Positions 8,535 to 21,500 of a stretch of 37,124 nt of DNA are shown here, piece by piece. The stretch comes from Seison nebaliae (lineage: Eukaryota), in assembly GCA_023231475.1 (NCBI GenBank), contig JALJEE010003218.1, forward strand, positions 1 to 37,124. Direction: 5' to 3'. A program made the position numbers and the translations under genes. The notes beneath the pieces are model-generated. The model was not told where the DNA came from. It saw nothing but the letters and a program-made list of their open reading frames with translations, and made no database searches. The first letter of the stretch is position 1, and each line of letters opens with the position of its first letter.

Positions 8535-11405
8535 ATGTCGAACGTCGTTCGTACGACGACGATGCGTAATCGTCTTAACTTCATTGGTATGCAAGCGCCG
8601 TTGGGATATGTGCCCGGTTTGGGTCGTGGTGCAACGGGATTTACTACACGATCCGATATTGGTCCAGCGAGAGAACCGACAGATACGACGGATAGAAATG
8701 CGTCTCAACAAGCAGGACCATCAGTCGGACGTGTTGTGAATCAATTTGATGATGCTCATGAAATGAGAGGTGATGGTGGTGATGATGATTCGGAAGATGA
8801 ATTGAACGATGCTTATTATGATGAAGAATTTGGTTATTCTCATTCTCTTGTTAAGAAAGATCCATATGAACAAGACGATAAAGAAGCTGATGCTGTTTAT
8901 TCGTCAGTGGATGACAGAATGGATGAAAGACGAAAAGAACGTCGAGAGATATTATTGAAACGACAAATTGAAGCATATCGGAAAGAACAACCAAAAATTC
9001 AACATCATTTCTCTGATTTGAAACGGAAATTAGAATCAGTCACACCAGACGAATGGTCAAATTTACCGGATGTTGGAGACGCTCGATCGAAACGTCAAAG
9101 AAATCCTCGACAAGAACGAATGTCAGCTGTTCCCGATTCGTTGATTGCTAATACGGTAATGAATTCGAAACCGATGGTATCATTAAATACACAAAACGGT
9201 GAACAAACGGAATTGTTATCGATGAATACGGAAAATATTGACATGAAACGAATTGGTAAAGCGAGAAATACTTTGATGGATATGAAATTAAATCAAATTT
9301 CTGATTCGATAACTGGACAAACAGTGGTTGATCCGGCTAATTATTTAACGTCACTTCAATCTCTTATACCGTCGTATGGTGGAGATGTTAGTGATGTGAA
9401 GAAAGCAAGAAAATTATTAAAGTCGGTACGTGATACAAATCCCACACACGTACCAGCATGGGTTGCATCGGCACGATTTGAAGAGGCTGCTGGTAAAATT
9501 CAAAGTGCAAGAAATTTGATATTGAAAGCAACAGAACATTGTAGTAAAAGTGAAGATATTTGGTTGGAAGCAACACGATTAGCATCAGTCGAAATGAAGA
9601 GAGGTATTATTTCAGTGGGTGTACAAAATCTACCGAATTCCGTTCGTTGTTGGTTGAAAGCGGCGGAATTGGAAGTAGAAATTGATGATAAAAAGAAAGT
9701 GTTTAAGAAAGCATTAATTGCCATTCCGAATTCTGTTAAATTATGGAAATCAGCTTGTGAATTGCATGATGAGGAGGAAGCACGAATTATGTTATCGAGA
9801 GCAGTTGAATGTTGTAATAAATCGTTAGAATTATGGTTAGCGCTGGCAAAATTGGAGACGTACGAGAATGCACAGAAAGTGCTCAATAGTGCACGAGAAT
9901 ACCTGCCCTCCGAACCACTCATTTGGATAACAGCTGCCAAATTGGAAGAGAGTCAAGGGAATTTGAAGAGGATTTCAATAATTATTGATCGTGCGAAGAA
10001 ATCATTCGAAATCAACAAAATCCGTATCGTCAGGAAAGATTGGTTGACTTATGCAATCAATTGTGAGAAAGAAGAGATTTCGTTGATTGAAACAGCGAAA
10101 GCGATCATCATTACCATTATCGATTATGATTTAGAAGAAATCGAATTACAATCGACTTGGTTGGAAGATGCGAATAAATGTATTGACGAGAAAGCTTATG
10201 AATGTGCACGATTAATTTATAAAAATTTACTTGAAAAATTTCCTTCATCAAAAGATATGTGGTTGATTGTCGCCAATTTCGAGAGAACATATGGTTCGAA
10301 AGAACATTTGAATGAATTGTTAGTACGAGGTGTGAGCAAATGCTCCAATTTTGAAGTGCTATGGTTAATGTCAGCAAAGAGTAAATGGAATGAAGGAAAT
10401 TTAAAACAAGCGAGACATGTTCTCTCTCAAGCGTTCAAAGCCAATCCGAATTCGGAAAAGATTTGGTTGGCCGCCGTCAAATTGGAATCAGAAAACGGAA
10501 TTTATGATAGTGCACGAAAATTGTTGACGAAAGCGTTAGTAAAAGCACCATCTGGTCGAGTTTATATGAAATTTGGTCGATTAGAATTCTGTTTGAATAA
10601 TATCGAGAAATCCATCGAAATAATTTCGGATGGAATTGAGAAGTTTCCTGATTTCCCCAAATTATATTTGTTGGCTGCAGAAATTTATGAATCGATTGGC
10701 AACAAAGATAAACAAAAACAGTTTTTGGTAGAAGGGACACGTGCTTGTCCCTCTTGTATCGATATATGGTTGAATTTGGCCGATTTGGAATTGAATGAGA
10801 AATCTGTTATTCGAGCGAGAGCCATCATCGAGAAAGGAAAATTATTGAATGAGAAGAATGATGAATTATGGTTGAAATCGATTCAAATCGAATTGAAATG
10901 TGGAGAAATAGAATCGAAAAACAAACCAGTCACTGCCATGATCCGCGCCAGATGTCTCAAGAATGCCAAAGCGATTATGGCGAAAGCTTTACAAGATTGT
11001 CCCAAATCAGATTTATTATGGTCTCATGCCATCTTTTTAGAGACAGTACCACAATTACGAAAATCGAGAAGTACTGATGCAATGAAACAATGTGACAATC
11101 ATCCATTAGTTTTGTTGAGTAATGCCCGATTGATGTGGGCGGAACGAAATGTAAATTTCGCTCGTGACTGGTTCAAACGAGCCTTGAAAGTTGATTCGGA
11201 TAACGGCGATATTTGGGCATATCTCTATAAATTCGAATTGCAAAACGGTACAGCCGAATCCATCAAATTAGTAGAAGAGAAATGTGTTTTGGAAGAGCCT
11301 CATCATGGACATTATTGGTGTAAGGTGAGTAAACATGTTAAGAATTGGAAGATGAAAACTGGAGACATTTTAAAGAAAGTCGCTATCGATCTACCTCTAC
11401 CTTAA
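8535..11405 (+). CDS. PRPF6: Pre-mRNA-splicing factor PRP6 (U5-102K), 956 aa, intronless
   Basis: Diagnostic N-terminus APLGYVPGLGRGATGFTTRSDIGPAR, plus DDKEADAVY, FSDLKRKL and ARKLLKSVRDTNP, HAT/TPR repeats, and C-terminal EPHHGHYWCKVSK. AATAAA at ~11433. Confidence 0.98.
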   Translation: MSNVVRTTTMRNRLNFIGMQAPLGYVPGLGRGATGFTTRSDIGPAREPTDTTDRNASQQAGPSVGRVVNQFDDAHEMRGDGGDDDSEDELNDAYYDEEFGYSHSLVKKDPYEQDDKEADAVYSSVDDRMDERRKERREILLKRQIEAYRKEQPKIQHHFSDLKRKLESVTPDEWSNLPDVGDARSKRQRNPRQERMSAVPDSLIANTVMNSKPMVSLNTQNGEQTELLSMNTENIDMKRIGKARNTLMDMKLNQISDSITGQTVVDPANYLTSLQSLIPSYGGDVSDVKKARKLLKSVRDTNPTHVPAWVASARFEEAAGKIQSARNLILKATEHCSKSEDIWLEATRLASVEMKRGIISVGVQNLPNSVRCWLKAAELEVEIDDKKKVFKKALIAIPNSVKLWKSACELHDEEEARIMLSRAVECCNKSLELWLALAKLETYENAQKVLNSAREYLPSEPLIWITAAKLEESQGNLKRISIIIDRAKKSFEINKIRIVRKDWLTYAINCEKEEISLIETAKAIIITIIDYDLEEIELQSTWLEDANKCIDEKAYECARLIYKNLLEKFPSSKDMWLIVANFERTYGSKEHLNELLVRGVSKCSNFEVLWLMSAKSKWNEGNLKQARHVLSQAFKANPNSEKIWLAAVKLESENGIYDSARKLLTKALVKAPSGRVYMKFGRLEFCLNNIEKSIEIISDGIEKFPDFPKLYLLAAEIYESIGNKDKQKQFLVEGTRACPSCIDIWLNLADLELNEKSVIRARAIIEKGKLLNEKNDELWLKSIQIELKCGEIESKNKPVTAMIRARCLKNAKAIMAKALQDCPKSDLLWSHAIFLETVPQLRKSRSTDAMKQCDNHPLVLLSNARLMWAERNVNFARDWFKRALKVDSDNGDIWAYLYKFELQNGTAESIKLVEEKCVLEEPHHGHYWCKVSKHVKNWKMKTGDILKKVAIDLPLP

Positions 11406-11514
11406 ATTTTCCCTTATAATTTTATTCTTACAAATAAATCATTATTTATTTTTAATTTATATGATTTTCCAATTAAAAACTAAATATGGAACACCGAATT
11501 ATGTGATTTTAAGA

Positions 11515-11665
11515 GATTCTCCTTCAAATTTTCTCCCTCAAAATCTTCAAAAGTTTTTTACACAAATTCTCTAAATGTTTCCAAATCATCAAAATATTTT
11601 TTTAATAATTTCTTCAAATTCTTTCCAAGAAAATCCTTCAAAATTTTTCCGAGAAAATCTTGAAT
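11515..11665. repeat. Degenerate low-complexity tandem array (cttcaaa-tttt-like units)
   Basis: Recurring ccttcaaatttt / tcttcaaaagtt / tcttcaaattct / ccttcaaaattt units in intergenic DNA. Confidence 0.45.
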
Positions 11666-12088
11666 ATGTTATTTGTAATTAATTCCCTTTGGGTTAATTT
11701 AAAAAGGGAACAAAATAATCACCTGATGAATTATTGGAGTCGGATCTTTTCAGAGATCAGGGTCTGATCCACATTCCTCCACAATAATTCAGAACTCCAA
11801 GTAGAGATATTAAATTGATGAATAATATTGTAAAAGGAGAAAGTGGAATGAATTAAGCATAAAATTGTGTGTCATAAAAAGTCATAGAACGAATAGTTTG
11901 ACGATAGTAGACAGTTTCGAACAATAATTATCTTATTATAATATATTTTATTTACGATATATTATTTTTAAAATAAATAGCAGATTTATTGATGGAATTC
12001 GTATGAAATAGGAACTAAATGTAAAAAAAGGATTAAAGAGAAAGTGTATGTAATTTCATTTATTTTATGTTCTCTTCCATTTTCGACT

Positions 12089-13930
12089 ATGAGTTGTAGT
12101 AACAATGTTTCAGAATCGGTTTCAGATGAACCATCCCGTTTATCGAATGAATTTGGCATCTGTGTTGTGCTCTCCACTTTAAACATTTTGATGACGTCGT
12201 CTAGTCTCATGTACAAGTTGTATGAACTTAACGATTGTACGGAAGAGCATTATAGAATGATACGAGTGATAAATCGGATTAGAACTACAAACATTCCACC
12301 AAACTTCGAATATTTATATCTTGCTTGTGAAGTATTACGATTGATTGGTGTTTATAAGAATCAAATTGAATCTGATGTAAATAAATTGAAAGAGAACGAA
12401 AGATTATTATCAACGTTCTTTCATATATTAATTCATGGTAAGGCTAATACATTCCATATTTTGAGACCATTCGAACCATTAACTCCTATCAAACGTGAAA
12501 GTATGTCATCTAGAAAGATGGAGAAGGATTCATACCTATCAACAAGAACAACAACAATCACACCTGGTAGTAGTTTAAAACAGAAATTGAATAGTAGAAT
12601 TGAAAAAGTTTGTACGAATACAAAAGAATATGTTAGAAATACATTGACGTTTCATAAGACTAATGAAGATGAGTTTAAACGATATAGTCGAATAAATTAT
12701 GATTCCAACTTATCCATGATGGGTCCACAAACATTAGTATTCTTAATAAATTTCCTTTATTTCGACAACGAGAATAAGAAGAAGAATGACATAGTCGCCT
12801 ATCGATTGATAAATGAGAAGAATAAAATTTTCACTCGCAACGACCACATCTTCTACCAGAAAATCAAACCGTTTTATATTCCAAAATATCATCAGGAAAT
12901 TTTATATATTCCAAGTCTCTCTCTCCTTTACTATTCGGTTGCTGCTCACCAATTCAAAAGTATTCGACGAAATAATTTAGTTGAATATCGAAATTCTCTC
13001 AGCCATCCACACATCGAAGAGTTGATGGGAGAAATGGGAGAGATTCTAATTGAAAAATTACATCGACACTTCATCGAACAACCACCGCCCAATCTTCTGA
13101 TAATTGACAATCATAAATTCAGTATTCTCGCCACTCCTAATATGAATCTTCCCAAATATCTAATAGTTAATTTAATTTCACTTAAACTTATTGTCCAGTC
13201 GTCAATCGAACTATATCGAACACATCGATCGTCTGTGAATTGGAGCAAATTTCAAATGATCATTCAACAATCACATCTCATTCATTATGTTACGCCACCT
13301 CTCAAAATGGCCGAGACGTTATGGGCAGATGATGGGACAGTGAAACAAATTCCACTCTTCCAAAATATACAATTATTTGCCAATGTTGAACTATATCAAT
13401 TATTCGCTTTTCAAATGTTGACTGCCCAATCGAAATATTATCTTTCATTCGTCACCATTAACGAGGAGGATGATAATTATAAGAAAGTAAAAGAATCGAT
13501 AGATGAAATGAGGAGGAGTAGACGAGAAGAAATTCTACAGGAAATGACGAACTATTATAAAACGTTCGATTTTTCGATCGATAAAGAATCGGAAGAATTA
13601 TTATTGAATAGTCTCTCGATGATTGCCGGCGAGATTGGGAGAGAAGAGACTTATTTCAATTATCATGCTAGCATGAATGGTGAGGATAGACAGGTCAAAT
13701 TTAAAATGAATCGAGTTGAATCAGAAGGTCATACCTTGGCCATTACACGTTCCATCCGAACAGGTAAATGGTGGCTGGTGAATAATGAGGATGCACATCA
13801 AATCGACAATCTACCTCATTTCTTTCAATCGCCAATTGTCGATCGAATTTATTATAACGTCGGTGCCATGTATTGGGAGATGTCGAAGAATTATTACAAA
13901 TATCAAAAATTGTTAATGAAAGTCATTTAG
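12089..13930 (+). CDS. Divergent ubiquitin-specific protease (peptidase C19)-like protein, ~613 aa, intronless; start uncertain
   Basis: Long ORF. Cys-box-like RLSNEFGICVVLSTLNIL (Cys at 12161, Asn at -5) and His-box-like GHTLAITRSIRTGKWWLVNNE (His at 13730, Asn-Asn at 13781). The ORF is certain; the family call rests on motifs only. Confidence 0.55.
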   Translation: MSCSNNVSESVSDEPSRLSNEFGICVVLSTLNILMTSSSLMYKLYELNDCTEEHYRMIRVINRIRTTNIPPNFEYLYLACEVLRLIGVYKNQIESDVNKLKENERLLSTFFHILIHGKANTFHILRPFEPLTPIKRESMSSRKMEKDSYLSTRTTTITPGSSLKQKLNSRIEKVCTNTKEYVRNTLTFHKTNEDEFKRYSRINYDSNLSMMGPQTLVFLINFLYFDNENKKKNDIVAYRLINEKNKIFTRNDHIFYQKIKPFYIPKYHQEILYIPSLSLLYYSVAAHQFKSIRRNNLVEYRNSLSHPHIEELMGEMGEILIEKLHRHFIEQPPPNLLIIDNHKFSILATPNMNLPKYLIVNLISLKLIVQSSIELYRTHRSSVNWSKFQMIIQQSHLIHYVTPPLKMAETLWADDGTVKQIPLFQNIQLFANVELYQLFAFQMLTAQSKYYLSFVTINEEDDNYKKVKESIDEMRRSRREEILQEMTNYYKTFDFSIDKESEELLLNSLSMIAGEIGREETYFNYHASMNGEDRQVKFKMNRVESEGHTLAITRSIRTGKWWLVNNEDAHQIDNLPHFFQSPIVDRIYYNVGAMYWEMSKNYYKYQKLLMKVI

Positions 13931-14386
13931 ATGAGGAAGATGATGATAGGAGATGTGTTGGGGAAAACTTTCCTTCACTCTTCTTTTTTGTAATCGAACA
14001 AAAAATTGCTTTCTATTATTCTAATGAATATGAATGAAGTGTCTTATGTTTATCATCTAAATTCCTCCTGCTACGTTATAAACCGTTGTCTGTAAAACTC
14101 AATATTTACCAGATAATGTTATCAAAACTCTATCTGAGAGACTTCGCCTCCAATTATTTGTGCAAATATTCGATTACACTTGAGAAACGCAATAAACTAA
14201 AAAACTTATCATCAATTCAATTAGGTACATTGAATCTCACTGTGACCGCCTACATTCCATCAGGAATTAATTAACTTCTCCGACTATTTAGGAGGACACT
14301 CTATCCCTTCCCCCAACAAAATTCTTACTTTTATTCCCATTTTATCTTCACTATCAAAACCTTCATCATTTCATTTCCCATTCATC

Positions 14387-14717
14387 ATGAAACTCCTTTT
14401 TCTTCTATTGGCCCTAATCTCCACCGTTATGATGGTCGAAAGTCTCCCAACCAACCGTCGTTCCTTACACACCAAATCCAAACGAATGGCCATCAATTCT
14501 CAATTGAGTCGATTATTGGCTCAATCGGCACACGCTGGTCCATATCTGTTCGATGTCGATGAAATGTTGGGACGATTCTAAATTATTCGTCAAATTAACT
14601 TTCTTTCTATGTTCTTCTAGCGGGAAGCGATCGAGTCCGAACGAAATCGATACTGTCGATCTCTTAAGATATATATCACAATTAATGGATTCGAACGAGA
14701 AGATTTATTTTAAATAA
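14387..14717 (+). CDS. Neuropeptide precursor, 91 aa; exons 14387-14565 and 14621-14717; predicted peptide MAINSQLSRLLAQSAHAGPYLFDVDEI-amide
   Basis: Signal peptide MKLLFLLLALISTVMMVES, then a KR cleavage site. A 55-nt GT-AG intron removes the stop and creates I-G-K-R (amidation plus dibasic site). Confidence 0.8.
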
Positions 14718-15512
14718 CTTTATTTCGATGTTGATGGATAATTTTCTCTCAATAATAATAATTCTCTTCTACAAACTCTATTTTATTCTTTCTCTAAAAT
14801 AAAGTGCGATTTTTTATCCTGATTTAACTTTCACTTAGTATGAAATTAAAAATTTATATTAAATCAATCGATTACTACTAACGCTTTATTCATAATATTA
14901 GTGATAGAAAGAGAACTAACTCTCATAAGTGATGAAAAGATGAGTGAGCAAGTTGTTCGTATGAAGAACGATTGAGGAGAATTTTTCTTTTATTTAAATT
15001 CATCGAGAATTGAGAATTTATTAGAAAATTCCTATTGTCTAATACCGAGTTTTGACTTCTCATTTTAACCTTTCATCTCATATTAGAGAATATGATTGTT
15101 ATTTAATAAAACTACTTAATAAAAGTCTCCAATCTAATTTTTTCCACATATTTCTCATTAATTTTACATATACAAACTTTTCTGTTGATTGTTATAAACA
15201 TAATGTAGTGAAGAACGAATTAGTATTAGAAATATTCTCAATAGCTCATTGAAAGAGTTAACCTTTTTCTCTTTAGTTTATCTTATTGGTATTTGATTTA
15301 TTAATTTGAAAAAAATGTTCAAAAATAAATTTGAAGAAAAAACCGGAAATTTAAAGATTACGGTAGTTTGCTGCTTTGTCGAGTGAGATTGGTGAAAAGA
15401 AAGAGAATGAAGTTATGTGAATTGGGAGGGTGTTTTATCTGTAAGCTCTGATGAATACTAATTAAATTTTAGTTGATTCTCAAAAAAAGAATTTCTTTTA
15501 TTCACAATCATT

Positions 15513-18500
15513 ATGGAGGAGATGAAGATTTCGAATGATTTAATCAAGTGGAAACCGAACGGACATTATTATTATGAGAAGAATAATGAGAAATATATTC
15601 GAGTAATAGGAAAAGGATTAGGAGCGGAATTGGGATGGCATAATAGGAAGAATGTGAAAACGGAAAAATATTTAATATCGTCAAAAATCACTTTGCCTAT
15701 TAAACAAGAGAAAGATGTGGAATGTGTTTGGATTGAAGAGATCGATAATAATCGATATGTCGAATTCTATTCGAAGAATCAAGACATTTATATCTCCATC
15801 AATATATGTTCAGGCCGAGTCAATTCGTCTCATTTCGTCGCTTATTTTCAAATGGAACGACGAGTGAAACAATTATTGGTTTGTGAATTCGCCAAATTCA
15901 AATCTCAGAAATTCCTCGCCGTATATACGATTGAAGAGAAAATCGAATTCATCAAATTACCTGACAATCTTTTCCATGTTAATTCGTCGACGTCTATTGC
16001 CGATTTCAAACGAATTTTCTTCATCGACGTCAGCATGTTTGTCATCGAACAAATTAGTCGATTAGGCACTGGTCTCTTCTTCACCACGAAACCATCAGTA
16101 CGGATGATTGAAAGAATGAGAAGATTGAATCAACAACATACTCAACGCTCTTCCATCACCGAAACGACGGTCAATGACACACAAATGAATTCGATGTTAG
16201 TAGAAACGGATAAACGATTAATGGAGAATCTGGAAGAGTGGTCCTTGTCCACCATTTATCTGGTGAAGTCGCCATTAAATGATATTAATCTCATTTCCAA
16301 ATTAACGTTATCGAATAGATTAACTAGAATAAATTTATGTTATCGAACAGACGAAAAGAAGCAGAATGATTATTTCTATTTGGGAGCATTTCTCAATATC
16401 GATCGATTATTATTATTTAATACACAAATGACTCGATTGGAATTGTTTCGGATAATCGAAACGAAACAAGTGGAAAATTTACGGGAATATCAAAATAAGT
16501 CACCTTCTCATCTCGAAACGATTTGGTATGGGAAGAATTTTCGATTGGAACAATTGAAAATATATAATAAGAAAAATGATTCTCTAATGAGACAATGTTC
16601 TCCATTACTCTATTTGAAGAATGAGAAAGAGAAAAAAAATTATTTTATTTTTCCAATTGGAACTGATGGAAATAGTTTCACTCTCAATTGCATCGAAGAG
16701 AAGGAAAATGAAAAAAATTTTTCACTCAAATTAAAATATCGATTGAAGAATGTGATGAATTATTCTCATTTACCACTCTTCAATTATCTTCTGATTTATA
16801 ACGATGATAAATCATTGTCGATCTATTCAGATTTCCAACAATTATTCCGTTTAAATGATTGTCAATATCAATTAACGTTGACATTTAATCATCATCTATT
16901 CTTCACATCTACTTCCGGTGATTTGTATATGAAAAGAATCATTTGGAATGATCAACATCAATTCGACGATTTCTTCTCAATTCTCTCCACAATTCTCCCA
17001 ACGAATCATTCGAAAGAGATTGAAGGGAAATGGAAGAAATTCGTTTTCTATTTCACTACCACACGAAATGAGAATTTTGCATTGACACAAGAAATCGAAA
17101 ATATTTTTCACGAATTTCTTTTTCGCATTTTCAATAATCATTTGACTTCCACATTGTCGCCATTGTCGACATGCATCGAATTTGATAAGGAATTAACTGG
17201 AATTTTTGATAGAAGAATTCCATCCATCATTCTAACAATTCATTTTTATCTGATCGATCGAAATACGAACGATGAACGATTCATCTCCCTCTTACTCAAT
17301 TTATTGGAATTGGTGTCGTTTGATAAAGGATCGATTCGAGAGAAATCTTTCTATGGAATATATAAAAAGAAATTAAGGAAATCATGTTATAAATTAATGG
17401 ATGGAACGAAATGGATATCGATCGATAATGAGGAAGAATTGGAAATTTTAAAATTTTTAATTCGAAATGATTTCTCTTTTCTCATCAATAACTTCTACAC
17501 ACAATTCTTCAGTGAACGAGTTGCCAGAATATTTTTGAATTTTTTCAAAAATTTATTTATCGACCAAAATGAAATAGAATTACATTCCATACTCACTCAT
17601 CAATTATCGAATGAGAAAATTTACAATAATGAAAAATGGATGAAATCGGAAAGATTCCGATCAATCTTCCTCCAGACACCACAAGAAACAAATAAGAAAC
17701 ATAAAATTTTCGATGATATATCAACCACCCTTCACATTCCATCAATACAATCTCCGAATGATGATGATGAATGGGATGAAGAAGATGATATTTTATTCGA
17801 CCACATTTTCCACAACTCTAACGAAACCGTTTCAATGGAAATGAACATTTCTACCGAATCGTTGAAAAATCAAATTTATTTCTTAATTCGCTCCAAATTG
17901 GACAGTCAACAACTATTGTTCTCCATTAACAATCGACAATTATTTCGACGAATTAACGACAAATTAAATAATTTTCAATTGTTGTCTGTGGAAAAATTTT
18001 CGAAAATTTTCCACAATCGACACGAACTTTTAGAAGAGATTAAGAGAGAGAAGACAATCGACAACTCTCTCAATGACATCACGTCGAGTAATGATTTGTT
18101 GTTGATGAATGTAGATGATAATATGAAATTGGAAAGAATTCGATTAGCATTAGAAGAGGAAATAAAACCATCAATCACCACAACCACTACTACCACTACT
18201 ACCATCACGTTAGAAGAATGGGCATATTTATTGACGTTAGTCACTTATCTGTTATTTGAAGAGGATCGATGTTTCGATTCATTCGGATATGAGAAGAAGG
18301 AAAATATTTTGAAAAAACTCTCTGAATTGGATGAGAAAAAGACGAATATTTTGAAGTGTCTAGATAATGTGAGAGAATTGTATTATTATTATACGAAAAG
18401 AGATGAAGAGAATGGGAAGAAAAATTTTAAATTTCAAATCTCTCATGAGAAGAGTAACATATTTATCATTTCCATTCATAATCCAATGGAGAATGAGATG

Positions 18501-21500
18501 ATTGAGAGATATCGAGTTCAAATTAATTTTCCATTAGCTCGAGGTCAATTCTTTCTTCCAATTACTGAAATTTTACCTATTCTTCATCTACCGAATGAAG
18601 TGAAAACAAATGAGATTCAAGGTCTCCAACAACGAAATGTTTCAACATCATATCAAGCCAGTCGACTCACTACCTCTCAGAATAATAACGGAAATAACAC
18701 AAACAACAACAAGAGTAATGAATCAAAGAATGATATGGTGAATGATTATTTCTTACAAATGGAACATATTCCTACTCAATTGACAGCTGATCAACGAATG
18801 TTATTACAATTTAATCGATTTCGTGCAGCTAATCGAAATTCAAATAATAACACACAAATTCCATCCGTTCCTGGATCGATAGTAACGACATCGATTAATA
18901 TGGAGGATGGACGACGAATAGAAACGATCGATATTCATCATCTCAAAAGTTTAGAGTTACATCGATTAAATGAATTGAATCGTCAACTCTTCCAAACTCG
19001 ACATCATTATTCGATGGATATCGAATGGCCCAAAATCAATAATCGAATGATTAATCAATTCCATCAATATCATTCATTCTTATTTCGATTAGAAGATGAA
19101 TCGATCGAATCACGACAAGAATCAAATTTCATTCTTAAAAAACATTCGAAAGAAGCTTATCGAAAACAAAAAAATAAAGAGGAACAACAACAACAACAAC
19201 AACAACAGCAACAACAACAACAACAACATCAGACACAACAATCGAATCGAATTGGAAATGAGAAGAAATCATCAGCGATTGATGGTGAAGAATGGAATGA
19301 AATTACAAATAAATTATCTGTTGATGATGATGGTGTGACACATTTGGTTGATGATGAATTATTAAAATTTAAATTTCAAAATGATATTCGAATTCGTACT
19401 GTCAGTCGATGGTTATGTAGTTCTATGCCGATTCTTCTTCTTCCAAAGATCGTTGAAGGATATCCTCAATTAGACGAGGAATTCGAAAAGAGTAATGACA
19501 TTGCTACAGCGATAAATCGTTTATTATATCGGACAACTGCTTTACCGATAGGACGTGGAGCATTCGCTCTCGGCACTGTCCTCCCTATCAATAGTGAACC
19601 GATGTCTATTCCCATTTTATGTATTGATGGAATTCTCGCTTATAAGAATGATGCTGAACGTTTAGTGATTGGTAGTCGTCTCGTTAAACGTCATGAATTA
19701 ACATGGCCATTATTTCATAACGGAGTTGCATCCGGTCTTCTCGTTATCACATCACCCACCCCAATAAATGATAATTTCAATACGAAATCGAATGATTTGA
19801 TCACCACAGCAGCAAGAAGACGAGCTTGGGTTCGAGCTGAAGTGAAATCGAGAGATGAAATTTTTCAAACTAATTTTATCAAAACCGGTTTCGGTGAAGA
19901 CAACGAACATCGAGAACCGATTGAAGAGAAGGAGATGAAAATCATGAAAGGAATAATTAAACGACTTCGATCATTCTCATTCGTTTTCCATACTGAAGAT
20001 GACGTTCAAATTCGAAGTTGGAGAAGAAAAGGAAGAATAATTATGAACGATAAAGAAGAGAAGAAAAAAGAGAATTCTCTTTCACTCTCTTCTCGATCAT
20101 CGTCGTCAAATGATGGAAATGGATCACCAGAATATGTCTCATTTCAATTGATGAAATATATCAATCTCGTTAATCAGATAACAGACGAATTATCATATTC
20201 AGCTGCATCTGAAGTGCTTCAAATGATTTCTTTAACCATGCCATTAGTTATGTCACACGATCATTCAGGATTTCTTTATGGATTAGGATTGAATGGACAT
20301 TTCTCTAAAGATTCCAGTTGGTATTCTGATATGATTCCATTCGCTCAATCTTATTTGACATTAAATGATTCGATGACAACAATTGCTATTTTATTAGGAT
20401 TAGCAGCATCGAATGTTAGTTCAGATGACGAACAATTATGTCGATTATCATCACTTCATATTCCACAATATCTTCCGAGAAATCATCGTCAGAATTCGAA
20501 ACACATCTCTCCATCTGATGTGAGAGCTGCTGCCATTATATCAATGGGAATGATTAAAATGGAAACATTCGATTTACAAACTATCGCTGCGATGTTACGT
20601 GAAATGAGGGATGTTAATATAAATCATAATAAAGATCATCGATCAACATTCCGTGATCACGAACGACAAGTGACAGAGAATGAGAAAGAATATTATAATT
20701 TATCCATTGGCTTCACCATCGGTATGATATCAGCAGCTCAACCGAATTCGATAGAAAAAGAGAAATTATTGGATGAATTACTCAAATTGACGAAAACTGA
20801 CGAATCATTTTTATCATGTCGATCAATGGATGATTTAATAGATAATTCGTTGAGACCGATGCAACGACGACGAACTGAGAAATTTGAGGCAGCTGATCTT
20901 TTAAATTATTCGAATCATCCCGACAGTTTCCAATTACAACGATCATTCGATCGAGGACAAGAAGACGCATTTGAAGGTATTCTAGAAATAGCTGAATCGA
21001 TCGATGATTTCTTTTGTCGTCAACGTGAAGGTATCACCACTTCTTCTCATATTCATGGACCACAAACAATACAAGGAAGTGCTGAATCCAATGCTGCTAC
21101 TTCAATTACATTAGATCAATTGGATCCAGGTCGTAATCGATTAATCGATTATCAAATGACGAGAGTTCCCGTTCTCATTGCTATTGCCATTATTTATATG
21201 AGAACAGATAATTATAATTTAGCGCAACGTGTTCAACCGCCACCAACTAATATCGAACGAATGAAATTACATCCGATGGAATTATATACGAGATCGTTAA
21301 CGGAAAATTTGATTATTTGGAGTGAAATTCGTCCGACATTCCAATGGCACACTGAAGGATTTCCGAAGGATTTCATTCAAACTTACTATATTTATCGTCG
21401 GAAAATTTTCACGGAAATGAAAAGATTAAAATCGAAAGCAAAACGACAAGAGAAAGATGATGTTGAACATCAATTCAAAGAGAAAGCATTCGCCATTGCA

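Noticed and set aside
8449..11077. Short overlapping ORFs within PRP6 (likewise within APC1 and RRM1)
   Set aside because: Alternative-frame or antisense by-products of long coding sequences, with no independent motifs.
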